The position numbers were made by a program, and so were the translations under genes. The notes beneath the pieces are model-generated. The model was not told where the DNA came from. It saw only the letters and a program-made list of their open reading frames with translations, and made no database searches. From an uncultured delta proteobacterium (lineage in GTDB: Bacteria > Desulfobacterota > Binatia > UBA9968), in NCBI GenBank assembly GCA_963728565.1, contig CAVSLC010000023.1:96001-160000 (forward strand): a DNA stretch of 64,000 bases. The letters are read 5' to 3'. The number at the start of each line of letters is the position of its first letter. Position 1 is the first letter of the stretch. Positions 1-9,680 of this stretch are shown in pieces.

Positions 1-849
1 GTCGATAACTATTTGTCTACGGACCGCCGCATTCCTGTTACCTTGCTCCAGACCAACGCGTGCAGTCCGCTGGCGACCAATGCTCTCGGCGGCAACATCT
101 GGGACAATTACTCATCGCAAACCTATAAAGACTTGCCATCGGTGGGCAAGATTACCGTGCACCACCCGATCGACGGCAGCCCGCGGGAATACGAGATGCC
201 CGGCAACGGGCGCGGCTATACGCGAGTGCCGTCGCTGATCAGCCTGTGGTCGACGGCGCCTTTTCTGCTCAACAACTCGGTCGGCAAGTTCAATCCATCG
301 CCATCCGTGGAGGCGCGCATGGAGTCGTTCAATGATTCGATAGAAAAAATGCTGTGGCCGGAAAAGCGTGACAAAGATCCGATTCTCGGTGACAAGGTGC
401 CGGGCTTCATCTATCGCACCACAGCGACGAGCTATATCAAACTCGCCCCCGGATTCTTACCCGCTTCTCTGAACCATTTGCTCAGCTGGAATGATTTGGG
501 AGCGCGCTGGTTGCCTTGGCTGTTTAATGAAAAGGGGGTGCAAATCGGCCCCATTCCGAAGGGCACTCCGGTGAATCTGCTTACGAATATCGACTTAGAG
601 AGCAGCAAAATCGATTTGGCTAAGCTGTTATTGAAGATGAAAGCCGATCTCAAGGCGGTAGAAGGCAAGAGCGAACAGGAAGCGGCCGAGGTGTTTAAAA
701 ACCTCGTGCCAGATCTTTTGCAGGTCAGCAAGTGTCCGGATTTCGTGGTCAACCGGGGCCATTACTTCGGCACGAGTTTGCTGAAGGAAGAGGCTTCGTT
801 GAGCGACGAAGATAAACGAGCGTTGATCGAATTCTTGAAGACGTTTTAG
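1..849 (+). CDS. C-terminal part of a large cytochrome c-type / RoxA-like protein (5' end outside window)
   Basis: Frame is open from the window edge. It contains GRGYTRVPSLISLWSTAPFLLNNSVG and ends NRGHYFG...LSDEDKRALIEFLKTF, resembling the C-terminus of RoxA/di-heme cytochrome c-like proteins. No CxxCH lies inside the window. Confidence 0.55.
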   Translation, partial: VDNYLSTDRRIPVTLLQTNACSPLATNALGGNIWDNYSSQTYKDLPSVGKITVHHPIDGSPREYEMPGNGRGYTRVPSLISLWSTAPFLLNNSVGKFNPSPSVEARMESFNDSIEKMLWPEKRDKDPILGDKVPGFIYRTTATSYIKLAPGFLPASLNHLLSWNDLGARWLPWLFNEKGVQIGPIPKGTPVNLLTNIDLESSKIDLAKLLLKMKADLKAVEGKSEQEAAEVFKNLVPDLLQVSKCPDFVVNRGHYFGTSLLKEEASLSDEDKRALIEFLKTF

Positions 850-877
850 CGATGTTCTCCGGCGAACTCCACTAAGA

Positions 878-2737
878 ATGTCTGCGGATGCGCCATCCAA
901 CGGATATGATTATGTCGTTGTCGGATCGGGCGCCGGCGGCGGCACAGTCGCCGCGCGATTGGCCGAAGCCGGACGCACGGTCTTGCTTCTGGAAGCGGGC
1001 GGCGATCCCCTCAGTCTAGTCGGCACACGTTTGCCGGAAGACTACCAGGTCCCTGCCTTTCATCCTTTCGCGTCCGAGAATCCCGCCTTGAGGTGGGATT
1101 TCTTCGTGCGCCACTACGATAACGACGAGCGCCAGAAGAAAGACTCTAAATTCACGGCCGTGAGAGACGGCGTCCTTTATCCTCGCGCCGGCGCGTTAGG
1201 CGGTTGCACAAGCCATAACGCAATGATTCTGGTCTATCCGCACAATCAAGATTGGGACGATATCGCCGACCTGACCGGCGATCCTTCCTGGCGAGCTGAG
1301 AACATGCGCCGGTACTTCGAGCGTCTGGAAGACTGCCGGCACCGACCTCCCTATCGCTGGCTAAAGAAAATCTTGGGTTTAAATCCAACGCGCCATGGTT
1401 TCAGCGGTTGGCTGACTACGGAGCGGAGAGATCCCAGATTGGCGCTGGGTGATCGAGACATGATGAACATGATCAAGGGCTCGGCGCTGAGGGCATTCAA
1501 AGAAATGGGAGATCCGCTGACGCAAGTTAGGTGGTCGATCAAATCGCAGCACGATCCCAATGACTGGCGCTTGGTGCAGTCCAATTCGTTCGGCGTTCGC
1601 TACACACCCCTGACCACGTCCAATCAGGCGCGCATCGGCACTCGCGAGCGCGTCTTGGACGTGGCCAAGAGATACCCCGGTAAGCTGCATATCGAGCCTC
1701 ACGCTCTGGTTACGCGAGTGCTTTTCGACCAGGATAATCGCGCATTAGGCGTCGAGTACCTCAAAGGAGAGCGTCTGTACCGTGCGCATAGCGATCCCAG
1801 CAGCGACCCAGGAGAAACACGCCAAGCATTTGCTGCGCGAGAGACGATCTTGTGCGGCGGCGCTTTTAATACCCCCCAATTGCTCATGCTGTCCGGCATC
1901 GGTCCGCGAGAAGACTTGCAATCTCACGGCATCAAAGTGCGGATCGACCTTCCCGGCGTCGGCAGGAATCTTCAGGACCGTTATGAGGTGAGCGTCGTCA
2001 ATCGCATGACGCAGGACTGGAATGTATTGGCAGCGGCAAAGTTCGATCACAGCGATCCGCAATATCGAGAATGGGCCGCAGATCGGAAGGGTGTGTATGC
2101 CACTGCCGGCGCGGCGCTGGTGGTGGTTAAAAAATCCCAGCCGAGTCGTACCGTCCCGGATCTGTTCTGCCTCGGCTTTATTGGCAAATTCAAAGGCTAT
2201 TTCCCGGGATACTCACAACTCATATCAGCGCACCACAACTATTTGAGTTGGGTGGTGTTGAAAGCGCATACCCGCAACAACGCAGGAGCGGTGACCTTGC
2301 GCTCGTCAGATCCCAGAGATACCCCCGCTGTTAGTTTTCGCTATTTCGACGAGGGTAGCGACACCAGTGGAGAGGACCTCGACAGCGTTGTCGAAGGCAT
2401 CAAGTTCGTGCGCAAAATGACGGCGGCGCTCAGAGCAGAGAAGGTCATTTCAGAGGAGGAATTGCCCGGTAGTCACGTTCAATCGGATGCCGAACTACGC
2501 GACTACGTTAGCAACAACGCCTGGGGTCACCACGCTTCCTGCACGTGCCCGATCGGTCCTAAAGACAGAGGCGGGGTGCTAACCAGCGATTTCCAGGTGC
2601 ATGGCACCGAGCGGCTGCGGGTTGTCGATGCTTCGGTGTTTCCGCGTATTCCAGGCTTCTTTATCGTCAGCGCCGTGTACATGATCGGTGAAAAGGCTGC
2701 GGACGTTATCCTGGCTGATAATCGTCAGCTACACTAG
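878..2737 (+). CDS. GMC family FAD oxidoreductase (choline dehydrogenase-like)
   Basis: YDYVVVGSGAGG FAD-binding motif, RAGALGGCTSHNAM, GGAFNTPQLLMLSGIG, LPGVGRNLQD, LRVVDASVFP. Confidence 0.93.
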   Translation: MSADAPSNGYDYVVVGSGAGGGTVAARLAEAGRTVLLLEAGGDPLSLVGTRLPEDYQVPAFHPFASENPALRWDFFVRHYDNDERQKKDSKFTAVRDGVLYPRAGALGGCTSHNAMILVYPHNQDWDDIADLTGDPSWRAENMRRYFERLEDCRHRPPYRWLKKILGLNPTRHGFSGWLTTERRDPRLALGDRDMMNMIKGSALRAFKEMGDPLTQVRWSIKSQHDPNDWRLVQSNSFGVRYTPLTTSNQARIGTRERVLDVAKRYPGKLHIEPHALVTRVLFDQDNRALGVEYLKGERLYRAHSDPSSDPGETRQAFAARETILCGGAFNTPQLLMLSGIGPREDLQSHGIKVRIDLPGVGRNLQDRYEVSVVNRMTQDWNVLAAAKFDHSDPQYREWAADRKGVYATAGAALVVVKKSQPSRTVPDLFCLGFIGKFKGYFPGYSQLISAHHNYLSWVVLKAHTRNNAGAVTLRSSDPRDTPAVSFRYFDEGSDTSGEDLDSVVEGIKFVRKMTAALRAEKVISEEELPGSHVQSDAELRDYVSNNAWGHHASCTCPIGPKDRGGVLTSDFQVHGTERLRVVDASVFPRIPGFFIVSAVYMIGEKAADVILADNRQLH

Positions 2738-2809
2738 CATATCAAAATAGTGGTTCGACTCCACCGGAGTAGCGCGCCCGGAACCGCTTCATCGTCTCAC
2801 GAGTTTTGC

Positions 2810-5596
2810 CTAATTGCTTTTGAAGGACAGGTCCGCTTCTGCGTCGCGTCGCGGCTTCCAAGCGAGCGAGTAATATTCGCCGCGATCCCGGGCCCAGGGA
2901 TCGAAAACATTTACAACCTGTTCGAGTTCTTCGCGCAATTCTGGAACGGTTCTTTGAAGCACGCGCTTCAATGGCGAGACTTCGACCGTATGTCCGTTGG
3001 CTTTCTTCGGTTCGAAGATTTTGGCGCCAGGACCGTTGTTGTTTACCCAGTTATAGCCCAGGTGGGTGTAAAACGCCGGTCGAAAACTCGAGGTTAAAAA
3101 GCGATCGCTGAAAAGCCGGCGGGATGCGTTCAGGATGAAAACCTGGAATTGTGTTTCCGAGATGGCAAAACCGTGCGGCCGCGCGAATTCAGCGAGCCAT
3201 CCTACCATAGCGTCGACGTCCTCGATGTTATCCACGAGGCTGCCGTTGGGATGGCCTAGGCAGTCATTGATTTGGCTGCGGTCGTCATTGTTCTGCGCGG
3301 TCGTGATGATCTTCGAGAAATCACAGCGATGTTGTCCATAGACTTCCCGAAGCAGCTCCACGAGCTTCTGCTGCTCTGTCCATTCAACCGAGTCCTTTGA
3401 GACCCGCGGGTCGATGAAATCATCGAACTTGGTCAGCTGTTTGAGACCGTATTGGCGTCGATATTCATTATAACGCGGTATGCCGCGTTCCCGGTCGCGG
3501 ATCAGATCCAAAGCGGCGACATCTATTTTACCGCTGCCGCTTTTTAGGCGAGGCATGGATAGGCTTTGCAAAAATTTCGGATGGTTGCGCAATGTCAGCT
3601 TGCCGAGTCGCTGCCGGCCCAATGAGAGCCCCCAGTTAGCCGGCCCGTGCTGATGCATCGCTTGAGTCGCCTTGCCGCGCAGAGTTTCGGAAACCGCAAT
3701 CTTCGACTTGATGACGTTGCGGTCGCCTTTCAGCTCGCGGAGTTCGATGAAGTCGGGGAGCATCGGGTGCAAGCGGTACGCGTTGATGAACTCCTCAGGA
3801 AAATTGAACGGCGAACCGAAGTGGTTAACCCCGGCATTAACGTCGGCTTGCGTATTGCCGAGACCGACAATACCCGGTCCGGCGGCGAAAGCGGCATACC
3901 ATGCGGCGGATTTCCTGCCATTGTGGGATCGAGTAAACCGCTGGATTACCCGCTCGAGAGCGGCATTGACCAGAGGATGCTCGTTAAACAGACCCGACCA
4001 ATTGGCATTCATAGCGAGATAGACCGGCTCGTTGTAGAGCAGCTGGGTGGTCCACTCGATGGTGTGGATCTTGGCAATCTCGGCTGCAACCACTAGACGC
4101 GCGACTTCGAAGAGCTCGTCGTCTGTGACCTCCTTGTTACTGATCACGTGGTCGAGCTGCGGCGGCCGTCGTAATCCGGAATCGCCATCCGGGTTTTTTC
4201 TCATTTCCAGGCGAAAGGCGTCGACGAACAGATTGTGCTCGCGCGCGAATACGTTGTGGAAAAAACTTAGACCGATGTTCCAGTTGTCGGGGAAGGCGAC
4301 AGCCTCCTGGCCGATCCAGTGTGGATTCGTGCTATCGGCAGAGTTCAACCTCGGCAAATAAACCGGCGCCTCTTCCCTGGGCACTATCCCCGGTTCGAGC
4401 AATAGTTTGGCCGGATCGCGCTGATCGCGCTTTACCCGCCGGCGCGAAGTCTCGTCATATCCATAAATTTGCGAAGCATCCCACCATGCGGTGACTTTGT
4501 TGGCGGTGGTTCTATGCGCGCGCGTCATGTAGGAGTTTTTGCCGAGCTTGAAGGTCGGCGCCGGCATGTCCTGAGCGATCAAGCTTTTATCGATGCGATC
4601 TGCCGGGCGGCAGCCGGCCGGTCGGGCTCGGTCGGGCGCCAATCTACTTCGATCGTTTGCTGCTTGGTGATCATCGCAGCCCATCGCCATCATTACCGAT
4701 TGGTTTTGTCCTTCGTCTAGATGAGAAAACCAATCGTGGGTCACGAACTGGATCCAGAATCCAGCGAGCAAATTTAAGTGCGACGCTTTTTGATAGTCGC
4801 AACTCGCTTCGGCCGAATTTCTTAGCTCGTGACCATCGCATGTGCCGACCAATGGGCGGCTGAATAATTTTTGGCTAATGAGCTGCGGGTCGGGCTTTAA
4901 CAAACCGATTCGATCGCCGTGGCGATTTGCCGCAATCGGGTCCATGGCCAGCTCCGGAAACGTGTTCTCGAAGTCAACGTTGCGCGCAAACGGCTGGCCG
5001 GTAGAGCCCATCAGCGGATTGGTGATGTCGTTGCAAATCCCGCTGATCGTGCGAAAGCGTATCAATTCACCGGAACATAGTTGAGGACCATCGCCGCCGA
5101 CCTCACTGTAGAGCGGATGATCCTTGGGCAGGCGCAATTCGGGCCAGGTCTTTGTGACATGACCCGATGGGCTGTGCCAATCGCGCATATAAGTCGCAAA
5201 AGTGCCGCTGTTGTCGAACAGATTAAACTTGAGCAACTCGAGACGCTGGTACTCGAGATCGAGCAGCGCGCCGTTAAGGCCGCGGTTATCCGGGCTGAAA
5301 AAACCGAGCTTGCCGGCCCAACCGCGAGTCCGGCTTTCAGGGCCCGCCGCGCTCGAGTAGCGTTGCCAGTCGATCCACGGTGTGTTGCGCCAAGCCACCG
5401 CTGACTCGCCGCCGCGGCAGCGTGCGCTGTCCTCATGAACTTTTCCGAGAAAGCGCGCCGAGCGTTGCTGCGCGATTTCGCGCAAGCCGCCAAGCGCATA
5501 GGCGAGGCAGCTACCGAGCTGAGTCTGTCTGATCGAGGCATAGGCGCCAAGTAAGACCAGACCGAGCAGTAAAGAAAGCAGGAAAGTTCTTTTCAC
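2810..5596 (-). CDS. Animal-type heme peroxidase family protein, alpha-dioxygenase-like, with N-terminal signal/anchor
   Basis: WIQFVTHDW, WWDASQIYG, AKIHTIEWT, YRLHPMLPD, DRERGIPRYNEYRR, GFAISET...ASRRL; hydrophobic N-terminus after GTG start. Confidence 0.88.
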   Translation of the reverse strand: MKRTFLLSLLLGLVLLGAYASIRQTQLGSCLAYALGGLREIAQQRSARFLGKVHEDSARCRGGESAVAWRNTPWIDWQRYSSAAGPESRTRGWAGKLGFFSPDNRGLNGALLDLEYQRLELLKFNLFDNSGTFATYMRDWHSPSGHVTKTWPELRLPKDHPLYSEVGGDGPQLCSGELIRFRTISGICNDITNPLMGSTGQPFARNVDFENTFPELAMDPIAANRHGDRIGLLKPDPQLISQKLFSRPLVGTCDGHELRNSAEASCDYQKASHLNLLAGFWIQFVTHDWFSHLDEGQNQSVMMAMGCDDHQAANDRSRLAPDRARPAGCRPADRIDKSLIAQDMPAPTFKLGKNSYMTRAHRTTANKVTAWWDASQIYGYDETSRRRVKRDQRDPAKLLLEPGIVPREEAPVYLPRLNSADSTNPHWIGQEAVAFPDNWNIGLSFFHNVFAREHNLFVDAFRLEMRKNPDGDSGLRRPPQLDHVISNKEVTDDELFEVARLVVAAEIAKIHTIEWTTQLLYNEPVYLAMNANWSGLFNEHPLVNAALERVIQRFTRSHNGRKSAAWYAAFAAGPGIVGLGNTQADVNAGVNHFGSPFNFPEEFINAYRLHPMLPDFIELRELKGDRNVIKSKIAVSETLRGKATQAMHQHGPANWGLSLGRQRLGKLTLRNHPKFLQSLSMPRLKSGSGKIDVAALDLIRDRERGIPRYNEYRRQYGLKQLTKFDDFIDPRVSKDSVEWTEQQKLVELLREVYGQHRCDFSKIITTAQNNDDRSQINDCLGHPNGSLVDNIEDVDAMVGWLAEFARPHGFAISETQFQVFILNASRRLFSDRFLTSSFRPAFYTHLGYNWVNNNGPGAKIFEPKKANGHTVEVSPLKRVLQRTVPELREELEQVVNVFDPWARDRGEYYSLAWKPRRDAEADLSFKSN

Positions 5597-5840
5597 GGGA
5601 CGGCCGTTAAAGTTCTCAACTCGTTCGATGTTCTCTAATCTAATTTTTTCCTGTTTACAGGAAGGACAATCAAAGAGTCAATTTCTTGGAGCGCTGAGCG
5701 TCTAGATGCTAACCCCTTTGATGGCACGATTATTTGCCCTCTGATGTTAAAGACTGTATAGCTCAGGTGCACGTCGAAAGCAGCAGATCACGAACGTCTA
5801 CAATCTCGGTAAATTTTCCCCCAGTAATAATTCACCCAAC

Positions 5841-6719
5841 ATGGCTGCCATCCCCGCTGAATTCTACGCCCTGGCCAATGCTTTTCTATTCGCATTCCAT
5901 AACATGCTCACCAAAAAGGCGATGCGCTACTCCAATCCTGCCACCGGCGTGATCAGTAGCTTGTCAATTAACATTGTATTTCTCTGGAGCGTGTCGATCT
6001 TGTTCGTGCCGCTGTCGTCTTTGACTAGCGCGTCAATTTTGATTTTTGTCGCCGTCGGATTTTTCCAACCGGGATTGACCCGTCTGTTAACCTATAAGGG
6101 CATCGATGCGCTGGGGGTAGCGATTACCGATCCAATACGCGCCACTACGCCATTATTCAGCGCCATGATGGCGATTGTCTTTCTCGGCGAGCAAATCACT
6201 TTGCCGATCGTTATCGCCACCTTGATGATTATCGCCGGCATCACCTTATTGTCCTGGCGCAGCGGTTCCGTGAAACTTGCGGGCTCCGCCATCTTTTTAT
6301 GGTACCCCATCGGCGCCTCCGCGTTGGCGGGGGCATCTCAGGTCGTGCGCAAATTCGGTTTGGCAGCGGTTCCCCATCCGTTTCTAGCGGCGGCGGTCAC
6401 CGCTACTTCCTCTTTCGCGGTGTCGCTGTTGACGCTCTGGTATGTGGAGAAGAGCCAAGAAACCTGGAAAATGAACCGGCATTGCTTCTGGTGGTTTCTT
6501 GCGGCTGGCATTACCATCAGCCTTGGTATGGTCTGCATCTACTATGCCCTGGATCTGGGTAAAGTTTCTGTGGTGATTCCGATAAGCAGCACCGGCCCGT
6601 TCTTTTCGCTGATCTTTAGCGCGCTTTTTTTACGCGATGTCGAGCGTGTCACTCTTCGAATCGTCATCAGCGCCGCCATGATCGTCGGCGGCGTGTTGCT
6701 GCTGACGGTGTGGAAATGA
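5841..6719 (+). CDS. EamA/DMT family transporter
   Basis: 292 aa, about 10 hydrophobic helices in two repeats, with LGEQI and FLRDVERVT repeat ends. Confidence 0.88.
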   Translation: MAAIPAEFYALANAFLFAFHNMLTKKAMRYSNPATGVISSLSINIVFLWSVSILFVPLSSLTSASILIFVAVGFFQPGLTRLLTYKGIDALGVAITDPIRATTPLFSAMMAIVFLGEQITLPIVIATLMIIAGITLLSWRSGSVKLAGSAIFLWYPIGASALAGASQVVRKFGLAAVPHPFLAAAVTATSSFAVSLLTLWYVEKSQETWKMNRHCFWWFLAAGITISLGMVCIYYALDLGKVSVVIPISSTGPFFSLIFSALFLRDVERVTLRIVISAAMIVGGVLLLTVWK

Positions 6720-6981
6720 TCCGTGTGTTTAGCGTTTTCCTAATGCTGCAGAAGAGACTCCGGTTCACGACTTCTTTGTAATCTCAATGCACCCCTTCCT
6801 GGCGCGCCTCAAAGATTACGCTTTTGCAGCATGCCTAGGCGCAGGAACGGCGATCGGGGGTACTTGTAGTAGCAACGTTTCCTTGCATAGATGAAAGAAT
6901 GACCGTTTTGTGCCATGGCAGAGCCGGGGTGCTCGAGAGTCACACAGACTGCTAACGCTGCCGACATCAGGAGGTTCCTAA

Positions 6982-7686
6982 ATGATCAACGACTCGTACC
7001 ATTCAAACCGCATCATCGACCCACGGCTAGAGACTGATTCAGGCTTCCTTCGGCAGGTCATCGTTTTGATTGCTGCACTGATTGCTCTCTCGGGATTCGC
7101 GCTCAAGAATAGCGAGGCTGTCGCCGCAGATGCCGCAGACCAGCCGGGCACGTACGAGTCGGCGTTTGGATTCGGCAGGCAATCGTTGGGGATCAGTGGC
7201 GGCCATGGATTTGCACTCCCGGTTGGCGGTACTGACGGCCCGGAGTTGGAAGATATTCAATTCGTCTATGCCACCCCGCGTTGGGGCATCGGCATTTCGG
7301 ATCCGTTGGGAGGGCGCAGTTGGTACCGGGGAAACTTCGAGTTTTTGCTCGAGGGGACTTTTCTCTACATGTTCGAGCCCAAAAGCGGAATCGCCGGAGG
7401 TATCGCTCCAGGGCTGCGCTATAACTTCTTGACCAACACTCGGTTTATTCCGTTCTTTTTTGCCGGCGTCGGATTCATCGCCTTGGACGCAGATCTGGCG
7501 CGGCAATCCGATGGTTTGAATTTCATCCTGCAATCAGGGTTGGGCCTTCACTATTTCATAAGCCAACAGACAGCGTTGACCGGAGAGTGGCGCTTTCATC
7601 ATATTTCCAACGCGAGTATTCACGACAAAAATGCCGGCATCAACAGCAGTCTGTTTATGCTTGGCGTTACTTTCTTTCTCAGGTAG
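6982..7686 (+). CDS. Acyloxyacyl hydrolase / PagL-like outer-membrane beta-barrel
   Basis: C-terminal FILQSGLG...WRFHHISNASIHDKNAGINS (H-x-SNA motif of the PagL family); RBS aggagg; signal-like segment. Confidence 0.8.
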   Translation: MINDSYHSNRIIDPRLETDSGFLRQVIVLIAALIALSGFALKNSEAVAADAADQPGTYESAFGFGRQSLGISGGHGFALPVGGTDGPELEDIQFVYATPRWGIGISDPLGGRSWYRGNFEFLLEGTFLYMFEPKSGIAGGIAPGLRYNFLTNTRFIPFFFAGVGFIALDADLARQSDGLNFILQSGLGLHYFISQQTALTGEWRFHHISNASIHDKNAGINSSLFMLGVTFFLR

Positions 7687-7788
7687 AAGTTCACTGCTAC
7701 CGTCTTTCTTTCGATTCCAGGCATGTCTTCGAATCGCTCCAAGGCAGGCGTGAGTCGAAAAACGACAAGCGCAGCATCGGCTGCCTGA

Positions 7789-8494
7789 TCATACCTGGGA
7801 ATTTTCAATACCCGCGAGAGCCAATACTTCCGGGAGAGTGGCGATAGCCAGGCCGCGCCATTCTCTCGCCTCCCTATGCAACTCACTCAGGGGCTCTTCT
7901 GAGGATGATCGAATCAGTACCGGCTGTAAACCTATCTTAGCCGCCGCTGCCAATTCATACTCCTCTCCATCGGCAATATAGAGGCAGGATTCAGGTTTGC
8001 TGCCGAGTTGTTCGCATGCCAGATGATAGATCCTCTCATCCGGTTTTTTCAAACGAGCGAGGCACGAGAAAATCGGCGTATCGATTGCGCCGGCAAAATC
8101 GGTTTCCGGCCAGAGCAGCGGAATCTCCACTGAGCAATTGCTGAGCAGTCCGGTTTTGTAGCGATGGCGCTTAAGTTGGTTAAGCGTGCTTATGGCGTCG
8201 GCCTTAGGTCGCAGCGCCTTCTTGATGTATCGCCATCCGGATTGCAACGGCCTGTTCAATTTGTTCGGCTTGGGCATCTACATTCATTTCATTCAACACA
8301 TGTTCAATGCTGGCCTCGACAGTTGCAAAAGCGCCGACGACTCGCATTTCCGTGGTCTGATTCCAGAGCGGGTTGAATTGTTCGTAAGGCACCGTCAGGA
8401 CGTCGGCCATTTCCTTGTGCATTTGGCCGACCGATGCCATGAAATGGGTTACCAAGGTGCCAAACAAGTCGAAAATGACGGTATCGAATTTCAT
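7789..8494 (-). CDS. HAD-family hydrolase, split by a single +1 frameshift near 8233
   Basis: ORF 8204-8494 carries motif I (VIFDLFGTL); ORF 7789-8277 carries GLLSN, KKPDERIY and YIADG. Removing one base at about 8233 joins ...AIRM|RYIKKAL... Confidence 0.8.
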
Positions 8495-8614
8495 GTTTAT
8501 AAATTTCGAAGAGGCGCTCTGGATTTGACCCGTGTCCTCTTAGACCGAAGAAGCACCAGTTTAGCGATACTCCAACCAGGCTTTCATCCCGTCAAACTTG
8601 GTTCTTCCGACTGA

Positions 8615-9646
8615 TCACTCGTACAGCACTCTTTTGATCTTCCTCTGCATATCTTCAGGCAGATTGAAGAACGCGTTCACCCGCCGCGTCAGTTCATCGC
8701 CGGATATCGGCGCCACCCCAAGTCTGGCTTTCTTTGCTTCGGCGAGAAACTCCGGATCTCGCAGTGTCTTGTCGAACGCCGATTTGATGGTGACGATTCG
8801 ATCCTTCGGCACTCCCGGCGGAAGCATGAATGAGCGCTCGACAATATTGCCGCCATGGATCACCACGTCGATCAACTGTTTGCCTTCCTCGTTCTTGCCG
8901 AAATTGATCGCCAGCGGAACTTTGGGCAAGTCGGGATGAGCTTTCGGCGCCGCTTGAAGCACGACGATGCCATCGCCCGTTTCCATGGCTCTACTCCAGG
9001 TCGACTTGATCGAATCCCATCCCCAGCAAGACCCATCGAGCTCGCCGGCTTCCATCGCGAGCCGTACCGGCGCCGTCCCCTTGTATCCGGAGACCAGCTG
9101 AATCGGAAAGTTGGTCGCAGTGCTGAGAACTCGCAAGGTATTATCGGTCAGGTTTCCAGGTCCGACCGCCCCCATCTTCACCGGCCTTGGTGAGGCGAGC
9201 CATTTATCCGTGCTGACAATGCCGCTTGTCTTGGTAAAAGCGCAGGAGAAATGGTCCGCGGTGGGCGCGCCGAGGTAGGTAAATTTGCGCATATCGAATT
9301 CGACGCCGGGCTGCCCGAGTATTTGGCTAATGCTCTGGCTGCCGGTGAAATGGCCGATGGTGAGGCCGTCCGGCTTGGCTGCTTTGTAGATGTGATTGGC
9401 TGCGATCATCATGCCGGCGCCGGGCATATTATCGACGATGATGGTCGGGTCACCGGGAATGTGCTTGGACATTTGTCGGGCTATCATGCGCGCATAGGTA
9501 TCGAAACCCCCGCCCGGAGGGCCGCCGACGATGATGCGCATGGTCTTGCCTTTGAAAAAAGTGTCTTGCGAATAAACGCTTGATACGATCAAGAGCGGCA
9601 CCAGAAGCATCGTCAGAAAACTTGCGCAGCGGATTTGTCGTTTCAT
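8615..9646 (-). CDS. Tripartite tricarboxylate transporter substrate-binding protein (TctC/Bug family)
   Basis: Signal peptide, GGPPGGGFDTYAR, NMPGAG, KPDGLTI, GYKGT, LAMEAGELDG, PPGVP. Confidence 0.9.
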   Translation of the reverse strand: MKRQIRCASFLTMLLVPLLIVSSVYSQDTFFKGKTMRIIVGGPPGGGFDTYARMIARQMSKHIPGDPTIIVDNMPGAGMMIAANHIYKAAKPDGLTIGHFTGSQSISQILGQPGVEFDMRKFTYLGAPTADHFSCAFTKTSGIVSTDKWLASPRPVKMGAVGPGNLTDNTLRVLSTATNFPIQLVSGYKGTAPVRLAMEAGELDGSCWGWDSIKSTWSRAMETGDGIVVLQAAPKAHPDLPKVPLAINFGKNEEGKQLIDVVIHGGNIVERSFMLPPGVPKDRIVTIKSAFDKTLRDPEFLAEAKKARLGVAPISGDELTRRVNAFFNLPEDMQRKIKRVLYE

Positions 9647-9680
9647 TTAACTTTACCTCGTGAGATTTTTGCTCGTAGAT

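Noticed and set aside
5722-5737. TGGCACGATTATTTGC sigma54-like motif upstream of the EamA gene
   Set aside because: GG-to-GC spacing is 11 nt, not the strictly required 10.
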